From positions 800,001 to 864,000 of the forward strand of contig OZ253545.1 in assembly GCA_965262615.1 (NCBI GenBank): a stretch of DNA of 64,000 bases, read 5' to 3'. A program made the translations under genes and the position numbers. The notes beneath the pieces were generated by a model. It was not told where the DNA came from, ran no database searches, and worked only from the letters and a program-made list of their open reading frames with translations. The stretch is from Alphaproteobacteria bacterium (GTDB taxonomy: Bacteria > Pseudomonadota > Alphaproteobacteria > GM7ARS4 > G965262615). Below, piece after piece: positions 37,622 through 47,683 of this stretch (position 1 is its first letter; the number at the start of each line of letters is the position of its first letter).

Positions 37622-40475
37622 AACACACCTCATAACAGCGAGCACAAATGCCTTTGTCCTTGAGGTGAGGCTCATTCTGATGTTCATACCGCCAGCATCG
37701 CGCACACTTGGGATTTTTTGTCGGCTCGGGGTTAAGATAGAGTTTTATATCTACATCTTCTTCAGCACCACCATATTCTAGTATCTTTTCAAAATCTTTT
37801 GCCGTGAGATATTCTCGGTCGTTTTCCCAATCAGAGTATTTCTTGACCTCAAAAGAAGCGGTCATTGTTAATTCTTTCATATCAATATCCTTCAAAAGCT
37901 CAGTCATATTCGTGTAACACACCAATTCAGCTTGTGAATTGGTGGTGAAATCATCACGCTTATGTTCTAATTTATGCTCTACACTGTAGATAATTGTTTT
38001 AATATTACTCATCAGTGCTTTTGCCTGCTGAACTTCACTAAAGTGTTCGTGCAAGTAATCTCCTAATGATAGCAGTGGTTGTGTGTCAAAGTCATGACAG
38101 TGAATGTCTTTGTCTTGTCCATGTCGGAGCTTCCACGCCTCATCGGCGGTGAATACCAATACAGGAGCAAGCCATTTGCACAAGCGGTCAAATGTAATTG
38201 CCAAAACCGCAAGGCTTAAGCGTCTCTTGGGAGAATCTTTGCCATCGCAGTAGAGACAATCTTTACGCCTTTCCAAATAAAAAGCCGACAAGTCTCTCGC
38301 GCAAAAATAATGCAACATGTTGTAGAATTCATCAAAGCGAAAGTTGCAATTATCCTGAGTGCACCATGCCGTATGACGCACATCATAATTAAACAGACTG
38401 TTCAGCAAATCTTGCTCCAGTGGCTCTAATTCTTCAAAAGGCGGTAGTTCTATGGAGTCGTCATAATCGTGCAACACCCCCAGCAAAAAACGCAAGCAAT
38501 TGCGAAAACGGCGATAGTGATCCTTGGCATGGGTGAGGCTTTGGTGTCCCAGCTTCATATCCTCACGGGTATCCGATAATGCCACCCACAGACGCAGCAC
38601 ATCCGCGCCGTGTTCCGCCATAATCTTTGGCAGTGTCAGGGTATCGCTTTTTGATTTGGATAGTTTATAGCCTTTGTCATCCAGCACAAAACCATGGGTG
38701 AGCACATTCTTATAGGGAGCGTGTCCCGAAGTGCCGCAGCCGTGCAACAGGGATGATTGAAACCAGCCGCGGTGTTGGTCAGACCCCTCAAGATACAAAT
38801 CAGCCTGTGTGTCGCCCAGCACAAACGAATGACTGCAACCGGAATCAAACCACACATCCAAAATATCCATGACTGGTTCATAGGCATCGCGATGAGTTTC
38901 GGCAAGAAATCGTCTTGGGTCGTCTTTGAACCACGCATCCGCGCCCTCATCTCTGAAGGCATCAATGATGTGCCGTTCGGTTTTTTTATTTTTCAACAGT
39001 GAGCCATCGTCCGTGTGTTGAAAAATAGCTAACGGCACGCCCCAGCGTCTTTGGCGTGACAGACACCAATCGGGGCGTTCGCGCACCATCGCCTCAATGC
39101 GCGCCTTGCCCTTCTCAGGATACCATTTCACCTCGTCAATGGCGCGCAACGCCTTGCCGCGCAAATCGTCATGAGTCATGGAAATGAACCATTGCGGCGT
39201 GGTGCGATAAATGAGCGGTGTTCCCGACCGCCACGAATGAGGATACGAATGTCGCCAGCCAAAATGATACAGCACCCGATTTCCCATCGCCGCCATCAAT
39301 TCCTCATGCACCTTGAAAATAAACCGCCCCCCAATCAATGGTGCGGTGTCACGATAGACACCGCGACTGGTCACAATGTCCTTAATTCCAATCTCATATT
39401 GCCTCGCAAGGCGAAAATCATCCTCGCCGTGCGCCGGGGCAATATGAACAAAGCCGGTGCCGGAATCATCACGGACAAAATCCGCCTGATACACCCGCGG
39501 GCAGTGGTCAAAACCCTGCTCGTGCAATGGATGGTGGGTGACAATGCGCGCATCATGCAACTGCTCCCCCGTGAAGGAATGCCGCACCGTGCCATCGCAA
39601 CCTAGACGCGTCCGCATCTCATCATAGCGTCCCTGTGCCACCAGCATGAGTTGAGGATGATTGGCAAACTTCACCAAAAGATAGGTGAGCCCCGTTCCAC
39701 ACGCCAATGCCACATTGGCGGGAAGAGTCCAAGAAGTTGTCGTCCAAACGGGAATAATGGAATTCTTGAGGGCATCAATACGCGATTCAGCAACCGCAAA
39801 GGCAACGGCGATGCTGGGGGATTCAATTTCTTTGTAATCCACTTCGGCTTCCGCCAACGCGGTTTGTTCCGCCACCGACCACAACACCGGACGCAACGCC
39901 CGCACCAACGAGCCATCCATGATAAAATGACTGAGCTCGGCACGAATCGCCCCCTCGGTCGCATGGGTCATGGTGCTGTAGGGATTGTCCCAGTCGCCAT
40001 GCACCCCCAGTGCCATGAATTGCTCTTTTTGCCGCGCCATCCAGTGACTGGCATGGTCACGACAGGCGGCGCGAAAGGCGATGTCATCGTTGAGCACATC
40101 ATTTTTTTTCTTCTGGCGCAGTTCTTGTTCCACCTGCCACTCAATGGGCAGACCGTGACAATCCCACCCCGGACGATAATCAATGCCCCACCCCGCCATG
40201 AAATAACTGCGGTTGATGATGTCTTTGAGAACCTTATTGAGAGCATGACCCATGTGCAGGTCGCCATTGGCATAGGGAGGTCCATCGTGCAGGATGAATT
40301 GCCTGTCTGGGTTTTTTAATACTCGCTTTTTTGAAATGTCTCTGATGCGCTGGTCACATTTGCGCGCATGATATTCGGCGCGCCACCCGGGCTCGTGCGT
40401 GGGCAGGGATGCCTTCATGGGAAAATCCGTCTGCGGCAAAAAAAGCGTGTCGCGCCAAGATGTGTTTTTTGTCAT
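37614..40475 (-). CDS. ileS: Isoleucine--tRNA ligase (type 1)
   Basis: LHDGPPYANG.LHMGH, WDCHGLPIE, WCLSRQR.WG, KLSKS, C-terminal CARC..CARC zinc finger. Confidence 0.97.
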   Translation of the reverse strand: MTKNTSWRDTLFLPQTDFPMKASLPTHEPGWRAEYHARKCDQRIRDISKKRVLKNPDRQFILHDGPPYANGDLHMGHALNKVLKDIINRSYFMAGWGIDYRPGWDCHGLPIEWQVEQELRQKKKNDVLNDDIAFRAACRDHASHWMARQKEQFMALGVHGDWDNPYSTMTHATEGAIRAELSHFIMDGSLVRALRPVLWSVAEQTALAEAEVDYKEIESPSIAVAFAVAESRIDALKNSIIPVWTTTSWTLPANVALACGTGLTYLLVKFANHPQLMLVAQGRYDEMRTRLGCDGTVRHSFTGEQLHDARIVTHHPLHEQGFDHCPRVYQADFVRDDSGTGFVHIAPAHGEDDFRLARQYEIGIKDIVTSRGVYRDTAPLIGGRFIFKVHEELMAAMGNRVLYHFGWRHSYPHSWRSGTPLIYRTTPQWFISMTHDDLRGKALRAIDEVKWYPEKGKARIEAMVRERPDWCLSRQRRWGVPLAIFQHTDDGSLLKNKKTERHIIDAFRDEGADAWFKDDPRRFLAETHRDAYEPVMDILDVWFDSGCSHSFVLGDTQADLYLEGSDQHRGWFQSSLLHGCGTSGHAPYKNVLTHGFVLDDKGYKLSKSKSDTLTLPKIMAEHGADVLRLWVALSDTREDMKLGHQSLTHAKDHYRRFRNCLRFLLGVLHDYDDSIELPPFEELEPLEQDLLNSLFNYDVRHTAWCTQDNCNFRFDEFYNMLHYFCARDLSAFYLERRKDCLYCDGKDSPKRRLSLAVLAITFDRLCKWLAPVLVFTADEAWKLRHGQDKDIHCHDFDTQPLLSLGDYLHEHFSEVQQAKALMSNIKTIIYSVEHKLEHKRDDFTTNSQAELVCYTNMTELLKDIDMKELTMTASFEVKKYSDWENDREYLTAKDFEKILEYGGAEEDVDIKLYLNPEPTKNPKCARCWRYEHQNEPHLKDKGICARCYEVCYG

Positions 40476-41413
40476 GAGGGGCTTCCTGTCAGAGAAAAAT
40501 AGGCTTGAGCATGAGTTATGTCCTGTTGCATCTTTTGTTGCAAGTGAGTGGTGGAGGGAGCGTTTTCGTCACCGCTGATCCACTCAATGAGGCGCACGGT
40601 GATGTCTCTGCCGCGCAGTGATGGCAGGTGGGGCACAAAAATATGAGCCTCCAGTGAGGGCGCGCGCTCGGCAAAAGTGGGGCGCGTGCCCCAATAGACA
40701 ACCCCGCCATGCCAGAGAGACGCGTCATTGTGTCCATCATGAATGGCGATGGCAGCCACATAACTGCCATAGCGAGGATGAACAATATGAGGATGAATTT
40801 TCACATTGGCGGTGGGCACGCCCAAATCATGCCCCCTGCCCGCACCGCGCATGACCCGTCCGCTGACCTCCCACGGATTGCCCAGCAACGCCGCCGCCTG
40901 TTTCATATCACCCGCCTGCAGCAACTCCCGCACCCGCCGCGATGAGATGCGAATGTCATGGTGTGCATCACGCACCTCATCATGAGCTTCATACACAAAC
41001 CGATGAATTGTTGCGGCGCGGTGCAGGTGACTTTCATCCCCAATCGCCCCCGTGCCAAAACGAAAGCCAACCCCCGTGATGAGGGCTTTGAGCACAAGGG
41101 GTTCAATCAAAACGGAGCGAATGAATTCATCGGGCTTCAGGCGATAAATGCGGCGAAAGGGCATGATGATGCACTGCTCAATGCCGGCATGGCGCAGGCG
41201 GGCGATTTTTTGTTTGAGAGGCGAGATGAGCGGTGTGGATTCGTGTTCCTGATGCAAAAAACGGCGCGGATGGGGATGAAAAGTGAGAAGGGTCGGCACG
41301 GCATCATGCTGGCGAGCCAGCGCGCACAAGCGTCCGATGAGTGCCTGATGCCCCCGATGGACACCATCACAATTGCCAATGAGCACGGCGCGCGGCGTGC
41401 GATCATGAGGCAA
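40472..41413 (-). CDS. ribF: Bifunctional riboflavin kinase/FAD synthetase
   Basis: GN.DGVHRGHQ, TFHPHP, ISS..VR, G.PTAN, RPTF, LEAH. Confidence 0.93.
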   Translation of the reverse strand: MPHDRTPRAVLIGNCDGVHRGHQALIGRLCALARQHDAVPTLLTFHPHPRRFLHQEHESTPLISPLKQKIARLRHAGIEQCIIMPFRRIYRLKPDEFIRSVLIEPLVLKALITGVGFRFGTGAIGDESHLHRAATIHRFVYEAHDEVRDAHHDIRISSRRVRELLQAGDMKQAAALLGNPWEVSGRVMRGAGRGHDLGVPTANVKIHPHIVHPRYGSYVAAIAIHDGHNDASLWHGGVVYWGTRPTFAERAPSLEAHIFVPHLPSLRGRDITVRLIEWISGDENAPSTTHLQQKMQQDITHAQAYFSLTGSPS

Positions 41414-41434
41414 TTGACGAAAAATCCGCAGGGG

Positions 41435-41854
41435 TCACCCTCCGCCCAATTGAGGAAAGAAAATCACCGCTTCGCCGCTCGCCACCTGCGTATCCCCCAC
41501 ATGAGCATCGGTGGTGAGGGTGATGCGTTTTCTCTTGTCATCAATGGCGGTGATGGTGAGAGTCACGCTGAGCTCATCGCCGATGGCAACGGGCGCAATA
41601 AAGCGCAATTGCTGAGAGAGATAAATAGAACCCTCACCGGGCAACTCAGATGCAATGGCGGCAGAAATCACCCCCGCCGTGAGCATACCGTGGGCGATGC
41701 GTTTTTTGAAAAATCCTTTGGCGGCGGCGGCTTCATCCATGTGGAGAGGATTATAATCTCCTGAGGCATCGGCAAAAGACTGCACCGCCGCCTCATCAAT
41801 CACTTTGGTGAAATGAGCCGACTGTCCCACTGTGAGAACGGAAGCGTTCATCAT
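41435..41854 (-). CDS. MaoC-family (R)-enoyl-CoA hydratase
   Basis: SGDYNPLHMD, IAHGML, LPGEGSIYLSQ.L.F.APV. Confidence 0.92.
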   Translation of the reverse strand: MMNASVLTVGQSAHFTKVIDEAAVQSFADASGDYNPLHMDEAAAAKGFFKKRIAHGMLTAGVISAAIASELPGEGSIYLSQQLRFIAPVAIGDELSVTLTITAIDDKRKRITLTTDAHVGDTQVASGEAVIFFPQLGGG

Positions 41855-41909
41855 GGAAGCATCATAAAATATGATGACAAAAGCTACAAGATGGGCGTAT
41901 GATAATGAT

Positions 41910-42356
41910 ATGGTGCAGTCACTCCATATTGTATTGGGAAGCGACCATGCGGGCTTTGCGCTGAAGGAGGTCATCAAAGGCGCATTGCAGCGCGAGGGGT
42001 ATGGCTGTCATGATGTGGGCACGCACGATGAAGATTCGTGTGACTATCCGGTTTATGCCCATCGGGTTGCCGATGCGGTGGTGTCGTCATCCGATACGAT
42101 GGGCATTTTGGTGTGTGGCACGGGGCTGGGCATGAGCATGGCTGCCAATCGTCATAAGGCGGTGCGGGCGGCGGTGTGTCATGATGATGAATCGGCGCGC
42201 TTTGCGCGCGCTCATAATGATGCTAACATTCTGGCTCTTGGCTCGCGTTTGCTGGATGCCCAAACCGCACTTTCGTGTGTTCGGTGCTTTTTGCAAACCC
42301 AATTTGACGGCGGACGCCATCGCAAACGCATTCACGCCATTGAACTCAACCAATGA
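41910..42356 (+). CDS. rpiB: Ribose-5-phosphate isomerase B
   Basis: GSDHAG, DYP, CGTGLGMS, HNDAN, GGRH. Confidence 0.95.
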   Translation: MVQSLHIVLGSDHAGFALKEVIKGALQREGYGCHDVGTHDEDSCDYPVYAHRVADAVVSSSDTMGILVCGTGLGMSMAANRHKAVRAAVCHDDESARFARAHNDANILALGSRLLDAQTALSCVRCFLQTQFDGGRHRKRIHAIELNQ

Positions 42357-42374
42357 TCCCTCAAGGAGAAGACC

Positions 42375-43655
42375 ATGAATACCATGACGCATGATTTCTT
42401 TCATAAAGAACTGACAGACACAGCCGTGGTGGATGCCATTCGCGCCGAATATCAGCGACAAAGCGAACAGATTGAACTCATCGCATCGGAGAACATCGTC
42501 TCGCGCGCCGTGATGCAGGCACAGGGGACTTTGCTCACCAATAAGTACGCCGAGGGCTATCCGGGCAAGCGGTATTATGGCGGCTGTGCCCATGTGGATA
42601 CGGTGGAGGAACTGGCACGGGAGCGCATCATGCAATTGTTTGGCTGTTCTTATGCCAATGTGCAGCCTCATTCGGGCTCGCAGGCGAATCAGGCGGTGTT
42701 TTTGTCGTTGTTGCAACCGGGCGACACCATCATGGGCATGAGTCTGGCGGCGGGCGGACATCTCACGCATGGCTCGCCGCCCAATCAATCGGGAAAGTGG
42801 TTCAAGGCGGTCAATTACGGCGTGGATGATGCCAGTCACCGCATTGATTATGACGCGGTGGAGGAGCTCGCACAAAAAACCAAGCCACAATTGATTATTG
42901 CGGGGGGCTCTGCCTATGCGCGTCCCATTGATTTTGAGCGTTTCCGAGCCATTGCCGATGGGGTGGGGGCGTATTTTCTGGTTGATATGGCTCACTTTGC
43001 GGGATTGGTGGCGACAGGATTGCATCCTCATCCGTTTCCCCATGCTCATGTGGTGACTTCCACCACCCATAAAACTTTGCGGGGGCCTCGCGGCGGCATC
43101 ATTTTGTCCAATGACGAGGCACTGGGCAAAAAATTCAATTCGGCGGTTTTTCCGGGTTTGCAGGGAGGGCCTCTCATGCATGTGATTGCTGCCAAAGCGG
43201 TGGCATTTGGTGAGGCACTGTTGCCATCCTTCAAGGACTATATGGGGCAGGTGGTGGATAATGCGCGCTGCTTGGCTGAGGTGATGCAACAGCGCGGCTT
43301 AGATATTGTGAGCGGCGGCACCGATACCCATTTGATGCTGGTGGATTTGCGCCCTAAAGGGCTCAAAGGCAATCGCGTGGAAGATTCTCTGGAAGAGGCG
43401 GGCATCACCTGCAACAAGAACGGTGTCCCCGATGACCCCGAAAAGCCGATGGTGACTTCGGGCATCAGACTTGGCACGCCCGCTGGCACAACGCGCGGAT
43501 TTGGCATTGAGGAATTCACTCAAGTGGGCAATCTCATTGGTGATGTGCTGGATGGATTGCAACAATCCGATGACAATCACAAGGTGGAGAAACGCGTGCG
43601 GGCGGCGGTGCTGGAGTTGTGCCGACGCTTTCCTTTGTATTCTGAGGCGATGTGA
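42375..43655 (+). CDS. glyA: Serine hydroxymethyltransferase
   Basis: [26 protein letters not shown]. Confidence 0.99.
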   Translation: MNTMTHDFFHKELTDTAVVDAIRAEYQRQSEQIELIASENIVSRAVMQAQGTLLTNKYAEGYPGKRYYGGCAHVDTVEELARERIMQLFGCSYANVQPHSGSQANQAVFLSLLQPGDTIMGMSLAAGGHLTHGSPPNQSGKWFKAVNYGVDDASHRIDYDAVEELAQKTKPQLIIAGGSAYARPIDFERFRAIADGVGAYFLVDMAHFAGLVATGLHPHPFPHAHVVTSTTHKTLRGPRGGIILSNDEALGKKFNSAVFPGLQGGPLMHVIAAKAVAFGEALLPSFKDYMGQVVDNARCLAEVMQQRGLDIVSGGTDTHLMLVDLRPKGLKGNRVEDSLEEAGITCNKNGVPDDPEKPMVTSGIRLGTPAGTTRGFGIEEFTQVGNLIGDVLDGLQQSDDNHKVEKRVRAAVLELCRRFPLYSEAM

Positions 43656-43661
43656 TGCGTC

Positions 43662-44135
43662 ATGCTGTGTCCTCTGTGTGGTCATAAGGAGACTTCGGTT
43701 CTTGACTCTCGTCCTGCCGATCGCGGATGTTCCATCAGACGCAGGCGCAGCTGCGAGAACTGTGGCGGACGATTCACCACCTTTGAGCGTGTCCATTTGC
43801 GCGATATCTTGGTGGTTAAAAGTGACAACAGACGCGAACCCTTCAGCGGTGAGAAAATTGAAAAAAGCCTTCGCATCGCGTGTAACAAGCGTCCCATCAC
43901 CGAAGACATGATTCAACGCGCCGTGCATGATATTCAACGCAAACTAGAACAGGCAGGCGAGCATGAAGTCAAATCACGCACGGTGGGGGAATTGGTGATG
44001 CGCGCTTTGAGCGAGCTGGATGAGGTTGCCTATGTGCGTTTTGCATCCGTCTATCGTGATTTTAAGGAAGCGGGGGACTTCCATAGTTTTATAGAGCATG
44101 ATGTCTCACCCAGAAATGATTCTGCCAAGCGATGA
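43662..44135 (+). CDS. nrdR: Transcriptional repressor NrdR
   Basis: CPLC..V.DSR..IRRRR.C..C.RFTTFE, AYVRFASVY. Confidence 0.97.
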   Translation: MLCPLCGHKETSVLDSRPADRGCSIRRRRSCENCGGRFTTFERVHLRDILVVKSDNRREPFSGEKIEKSLRIACNKRPITEDMIQRAVHDIQRKLEQAGEHEVKSRTVGELVMRALSELDEVAYVRFASVYRDFKEAGDFHSFIEHDVSPRNDSAKR

Positions 44136-45198
44136 GAAATTGATGCGGGCGGCGGTGTCGCTGGCGCGTCGTGGTTTTGGACAGACACATCCCAACCCAT
44201 CGGTGGGGTGTGTGGTGGCATCTTGTGACGGCTCGGTGATTTATGGCGCGGCTCACACGGCACGAGGGGGCAGACCTCACGCCGAAGCACAAGCACTGGT
44301 TCAGGCGGGTGACCACGCCAAAGGCAGCACGGTGGCGGTGACGCTAGAGCCGTGTTGTCATCATGAAAAATCCTGTTCTGCTTTATTGGTGCAGGCGGGG
44401 GTGGCGCGCGTGGTGGTGGGAATCACCGATGATGACCCTCGCATGCAAGGAGAGGGCATTGACTCTATGCGCCGTCATGGCATTGAGGTGGTCATACCGT
44501 GTTGTGAGTCATTGGTGAATGTGGTGCATGGTGCGCATCGGTTGCGTCACAGGGAACACCGCCCCAGCATTACCTTGAAGACGGCTTTGTCCATTGATGG
44601 ACAGATGGCGGCGGGCGATGGCTCAAGTCAGTGGATCAGCGGTGACGATGCCAGACGCTATGGACATTTTCTGCGCTGTCGCCATGATGCCGTCATGATT
44701 GGCTCTGGCACATTGCGGCGTGATAATCCTCGCCTCACCGCTCGCATCGCAGGGGTGCGCCAGCCCATTCGCATTGTGCTGGGAGGAACTAAAAAACAGC
44801 TGGCAGCGTCTCATTTGAGCACGGACACCAAGAGCGCCCCCGTGTGGTGGATGACCCATCAGCCGCAATCGGTCAATGATGTCACGACTATTTCTCTGCC
44901 GCAAGGATTTTCCATCACGGATGTGTGTCACACATTGTATGAGCGCGGCATCACGCGCCTTTTGGTGGAGGGCGGGGCGCGTCTGGCATCATCGTTTTTG
45001 CGGGCGGGCGTGGTGGATCAATGGGTGGTGATGCGCGGCAGCATTGATTTAGGCGGCGGTGGCATTGCCATGAAGCAGAAGATTGAGTCTATGAGTGCGG
45101 CGCATCATTATGAGCGCGCGGCGACACGCATCATGGGAGACACGGTGATGACTCTGTATCATCCGCCTCACATGAAAACCAATCTGTGGGCGTTGTGA
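44116..45198 (+). CDS. ribD: Riboflavin biosynthesis deaminase/reductase
   Basis: PNPSVG, HAE, TLEPC.H, DNPRLT, LLVEGG. Confidence 0.93.
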   Translation: MILPSDEKLMRAAVSLARRGFGQTHPNPSVGCVVASCDGSVIYGAAHTARGGRPHAEAQALVQAGDHAKGSTVAVTLEPCCHHEKSCSALLVQAGVARVVVGITDDDPRMQGEGIDSMRRHGIEVVIPCCESLVNVVHGAHRLRHREHRPSITLKTALSIDGQMAAGDGSSQWISGDDARRYGHFLRCRHDAVMIGSGTLRRDNPRLTARIAGVRQPIRIVLGGTKKQLAASHLSTDTKSAPVWWMTHQPQSVNDVTTISLPQGFSITDVCHTLYERGITRLLVEGGARLASSFLRAGVVDQWVVMRGSIDLGGGGIAMKQKIESMSAAHHYERAATRIMGDTVMTLYHPPHMKTNLWAL

Positions 45199-45209
45199 GG
45201 GATTTGTGA

Positions 45210-45824
45210 ATGTTTGGCGGCGTTGTGCGAGTGATGGCGACCATTGAGCAGGTGCGGGATTCATCTGATGGGTCACCTGATGGGCGAGCGTTTGTCTTGG
45301 CGGCGCAATGGCAAGAATCTGACGCGCCGCAAAAGGGCGACTCCATTTGCTGTCATGGCATTTGTTTGAGTGTGGTGAAGGCGGGCAATGATTCCATCAC
45401 GGTGGAGGCGAGTTCCACCACATTGCAATGCACCACGGCGGCACGGTGGTGCGAGGGCGATGTCATTCACTGTGAGCGCGCTCTTGTGGTGGGAACAGAC
45501 CGACTGGAAGGACACATTCTTTTTGGGCATGTGGATGGCGTGGCGCAGGTGGTGGCGATGGAACAACAAGGAGACGGACGGTGCATGCAATTGCGTCTGC
45601 CGAACCAATTGATGCCGTTGATGGCGGCGCGCGGCTCGCTGGCGGTCAATGGCATTTCCCTCACCATTGCCGCGCTGAGTGATGATGACAGCACCGTCAC
45701 CTGTGCCTTGATTCCTCTCACCTGTCGCATGACCACGCTGGCGCGTCTTGAAGTGGGGGATGATGTGAACATTGAAGCCGATATGATTGCCCGCTATGTG
45801 GCGCGCGCGAGGAATTTCTCATGA
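45210..45824 (+). CDS. ribE: Riboflavin synthase (alpha chain)
   Basis: MFGG.V, GHVDG, GSLAVNGISLT, VNIEAD. Confidence 0.92.
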   Translation: MFGGVVRVMATIEQVRDSSDGSPDGRAFVLAAQWQESDAPQKGDSICCHGICLSVVKAGNDSITVEASSTTLQCTTAARWCEGDVIHCERALVVGTDRLEGHILFGHVDGVAQVVAMEQQGDGRCMQLRLPNQLMPLMAARGSLAVNGISLTIAALSDDDSTVTCALIPLTCRMTTLARLEVGDDVNIEADMIARYVARARNFS

Positions 45825-46900
45825 CATGGGCATCACTGGATGAGACGCTTGCGCGTCTGCAGGCGGGGGGCATGGTGATTTTAACCGATGATGAGGCGCG
45901 CGAAAATGAAGGTGATTTGGTGGTGGCGGCGCAATACGCCGATGCCTCGGTGATTAATTTCATGGCGCGCTACGGGCGCGGCTTGATTTGTCTGGCGTTG
46001 GATGAAACCCGTGTGACGCAGTTGGATTTGCCGTTGATGGCGGCGCGCAATCGCTCTCGTCATGGCACGGCGTTCACGGTGTCCATTGAGGCGCGCGAGG
46101 GCATCACCACGGGCATTTCGGCGGCTGACAGAGCTCGCACCATTGCGGTCGCCATTGATGACCAATGCACCAGCGATGACCTTGTGAGCCCTGGGCATAT
46201 TTTTCCTCTGGTGGCGGCGCGCGGCGGCGTGTTGGTGCGGGCGGGACACACCGAAGCCGCCGTTGATTTGGCACGGGCGGCTCGGCTCAATCCCAGTGGT
46301 GTCATTTGTGAAATCATGAATGATGATGGCACGATGGCGCGCCACACAGACCTCATGGCATTTGCCGAGACTCACCGACTGCCGATGGCGCGCATCTCCG
46401 ACCTCATCGCATGGCGGCTCGCCCATGAGGAGCACATTCGCTGCACCCATGAAGAGGATTTTCACGCGCGCGATGGCGGGCGATTTCGCCTCAAACAATT
46501 CACCGATGACATCGCTCACGGCACTCATGTGGCATTGATCAAGGGCGATATAAAGCCCGATGGCGATGTGCGGGTGCGGGTGCAGGGATTGAGTGGAATG
46601 ACCGATGTGGTGGAGCTTTTGCGTTTTGAGGCAAAACAATACGGCATGGCGGCGTTGCCCATGGCGTGTCGGCACATTGAGCGTCATGGCGCGGGCGTTA
46701 TTTTGCTCATTGACCATGATCAAACAGCGAGTCAGCAACAGGAGGGGGATGGTTTGCGTCACTATGGCATTGGGGCGCAGATTTTGCGTCATTTGGGAGT
46801 CAGCCGCATGGTGTTGCTCACCAATCACCAGACTCACATTCACGGGTTGGAGGGCTTTGGCTTGACAATCATCAAGCGTCAGCCTCTTAATGAATCATGA
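45821..46900 (+). CDS. ribB: 3,4-dihydroxy-2-butanone-4-phosphate synthase with degenerate GCH-II domain
   Basis: DDEARENEGD, FTVSIEA, PGHIFPL, GHTEA; C-terminal YGIGAQIL domain lacks the Zn Cys residues. Confidence 0.93.
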   Translation: MTWASLDETLARLQAGGMVILTDDEARENEGDLVVAAQYADASVINFMARYGRGLICLALDETRVTQLDLPLMAARNRSRHGTAFTVSIEAREGITTGISAADRARTIAVAIDDQCTSDDLVSPGHIFPLVAARGGVLVRAGHTEAAVDLARAARLNPSGVICEIMNDDGTMARHTDLMAFAETHRLPMARISDLIAWRLAHEEHIRCTHEEDFHARDGGRFRLKQFTDDIAHGTHVALIKGDIKPDGDVRVRVQGLSGMTDVVELLRFEAKQYGMAALPMACRHIERHGAGVILLIDHDQTASQQQEGDGLRHYGIGAQILRHLGVSRMVLLTNHQTHIHGLEGFGLTIIKRQPLNES

Positions 46901-47307
46901 AGCCCATTTTGGTGGTCACCGCTTCTTTTTATCGCAAGATTGTCGCATCCCTCTATGATGCCGCCGCCGAGCAGTTGCGTGACCATTCTCTCACCCGCAT
47001 TGATGTGGCGGGAGCGTGGGAAATTCCTGTGGCACTGGCCCATCACATGAACACAAAACGCTATGAGGGCGCGCTGGCGTTGGGATGTGTGATTCGCGGC
47101 GAGACCGACCACTATCATTATATCTGTCACCATGTGAGCGGCCAGCTGGCACAGCTGGCGGTGCATCATGATTGGGTGATGACGCAGGGCATTATTATGG
47201 CACATTCCCGCAAGCAAGCCGAGCAGCGCGCCCGCCATGATGATGCCAACTACGGACGCAAAGCCGCCAAAGCATGGCGAGCCTTGCATCAGGCGATTCA
47301 TGGCTAA
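46897..47307 (+). CDS. ribH: 6,7-dimethyl-8-ribityllumazine synthase
   Basis: VAGAWEIP, ALGCVIRGET.H. Confidence 0.92.
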   Translation: MKPILVVTASFYRKIVASLYDAAAEQLRDHSLTRIDVAGAWEIPVALAHHMNTKRYEGALALGCVIRGETDHYHYICHHVSGQLAQLAVHHDWVMTQGIIMAHSRKQAEQRARHDDANYGRKAAKAWRALHQAIHG

Positions 47308-47683
47308 AGGCACTTCGCGTCATGCCACCCGGCGCATTGCGGTGCAGTGTCTCTATCAGGCATTGGTGCAGCAAGAGGCGCGCCCCCTCAAAGCCGATGC
47401 CATCATGGAGGATTATCTTGCATGGCGCGCCCGCCAAACCCCCAAGCCGCCGGTGCAGCTGTCGTTTTTGCAAAAAATCATTTTTGAGGCGGCACGGCAA
47501 AAAGATGACGAGACATCTCTTTCCGTCACCGCTCGCGCCATCATCATGGCGGCGCGCAGTGAACTGGCGGCAGACACCATCTCCACCCCGCGCGCCGTGG
47601 TGTTGAGTGAATATGTCACACTCGCCGCTCAGTTGTGTGACGATGGCGAGGTCGCCGTCATCAACGGATGTTTGGACTCATGA
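47300..47683 (+). CDS. nusB: Transcription antitermination factor NusB (short, divergent)
   Basis: RH..R..AVQ.LYQ, P..VV..EYV.LA, INGCLD; ribH-nusB-thiL order. Confidence 0.75.
   Translation: MAKGTSRHATRRIAVQCLYQALVQQEARPLKADAIMEDYLAWRARQTPKPPVQLSFLQKIIFEAARQKDDETSLSVTARAIIMAARSELAADTISTPRAVVLSEYVTLAAQLCDDGEVAVINGCLDS

Noticed and set aside
43656-44135. FMN riboswitch before the rib genes (and cobalamin riboswitch before cobB)
   Set aside because: Genes overlap or abut, leaving no leader, and no consensus motifs are visible.
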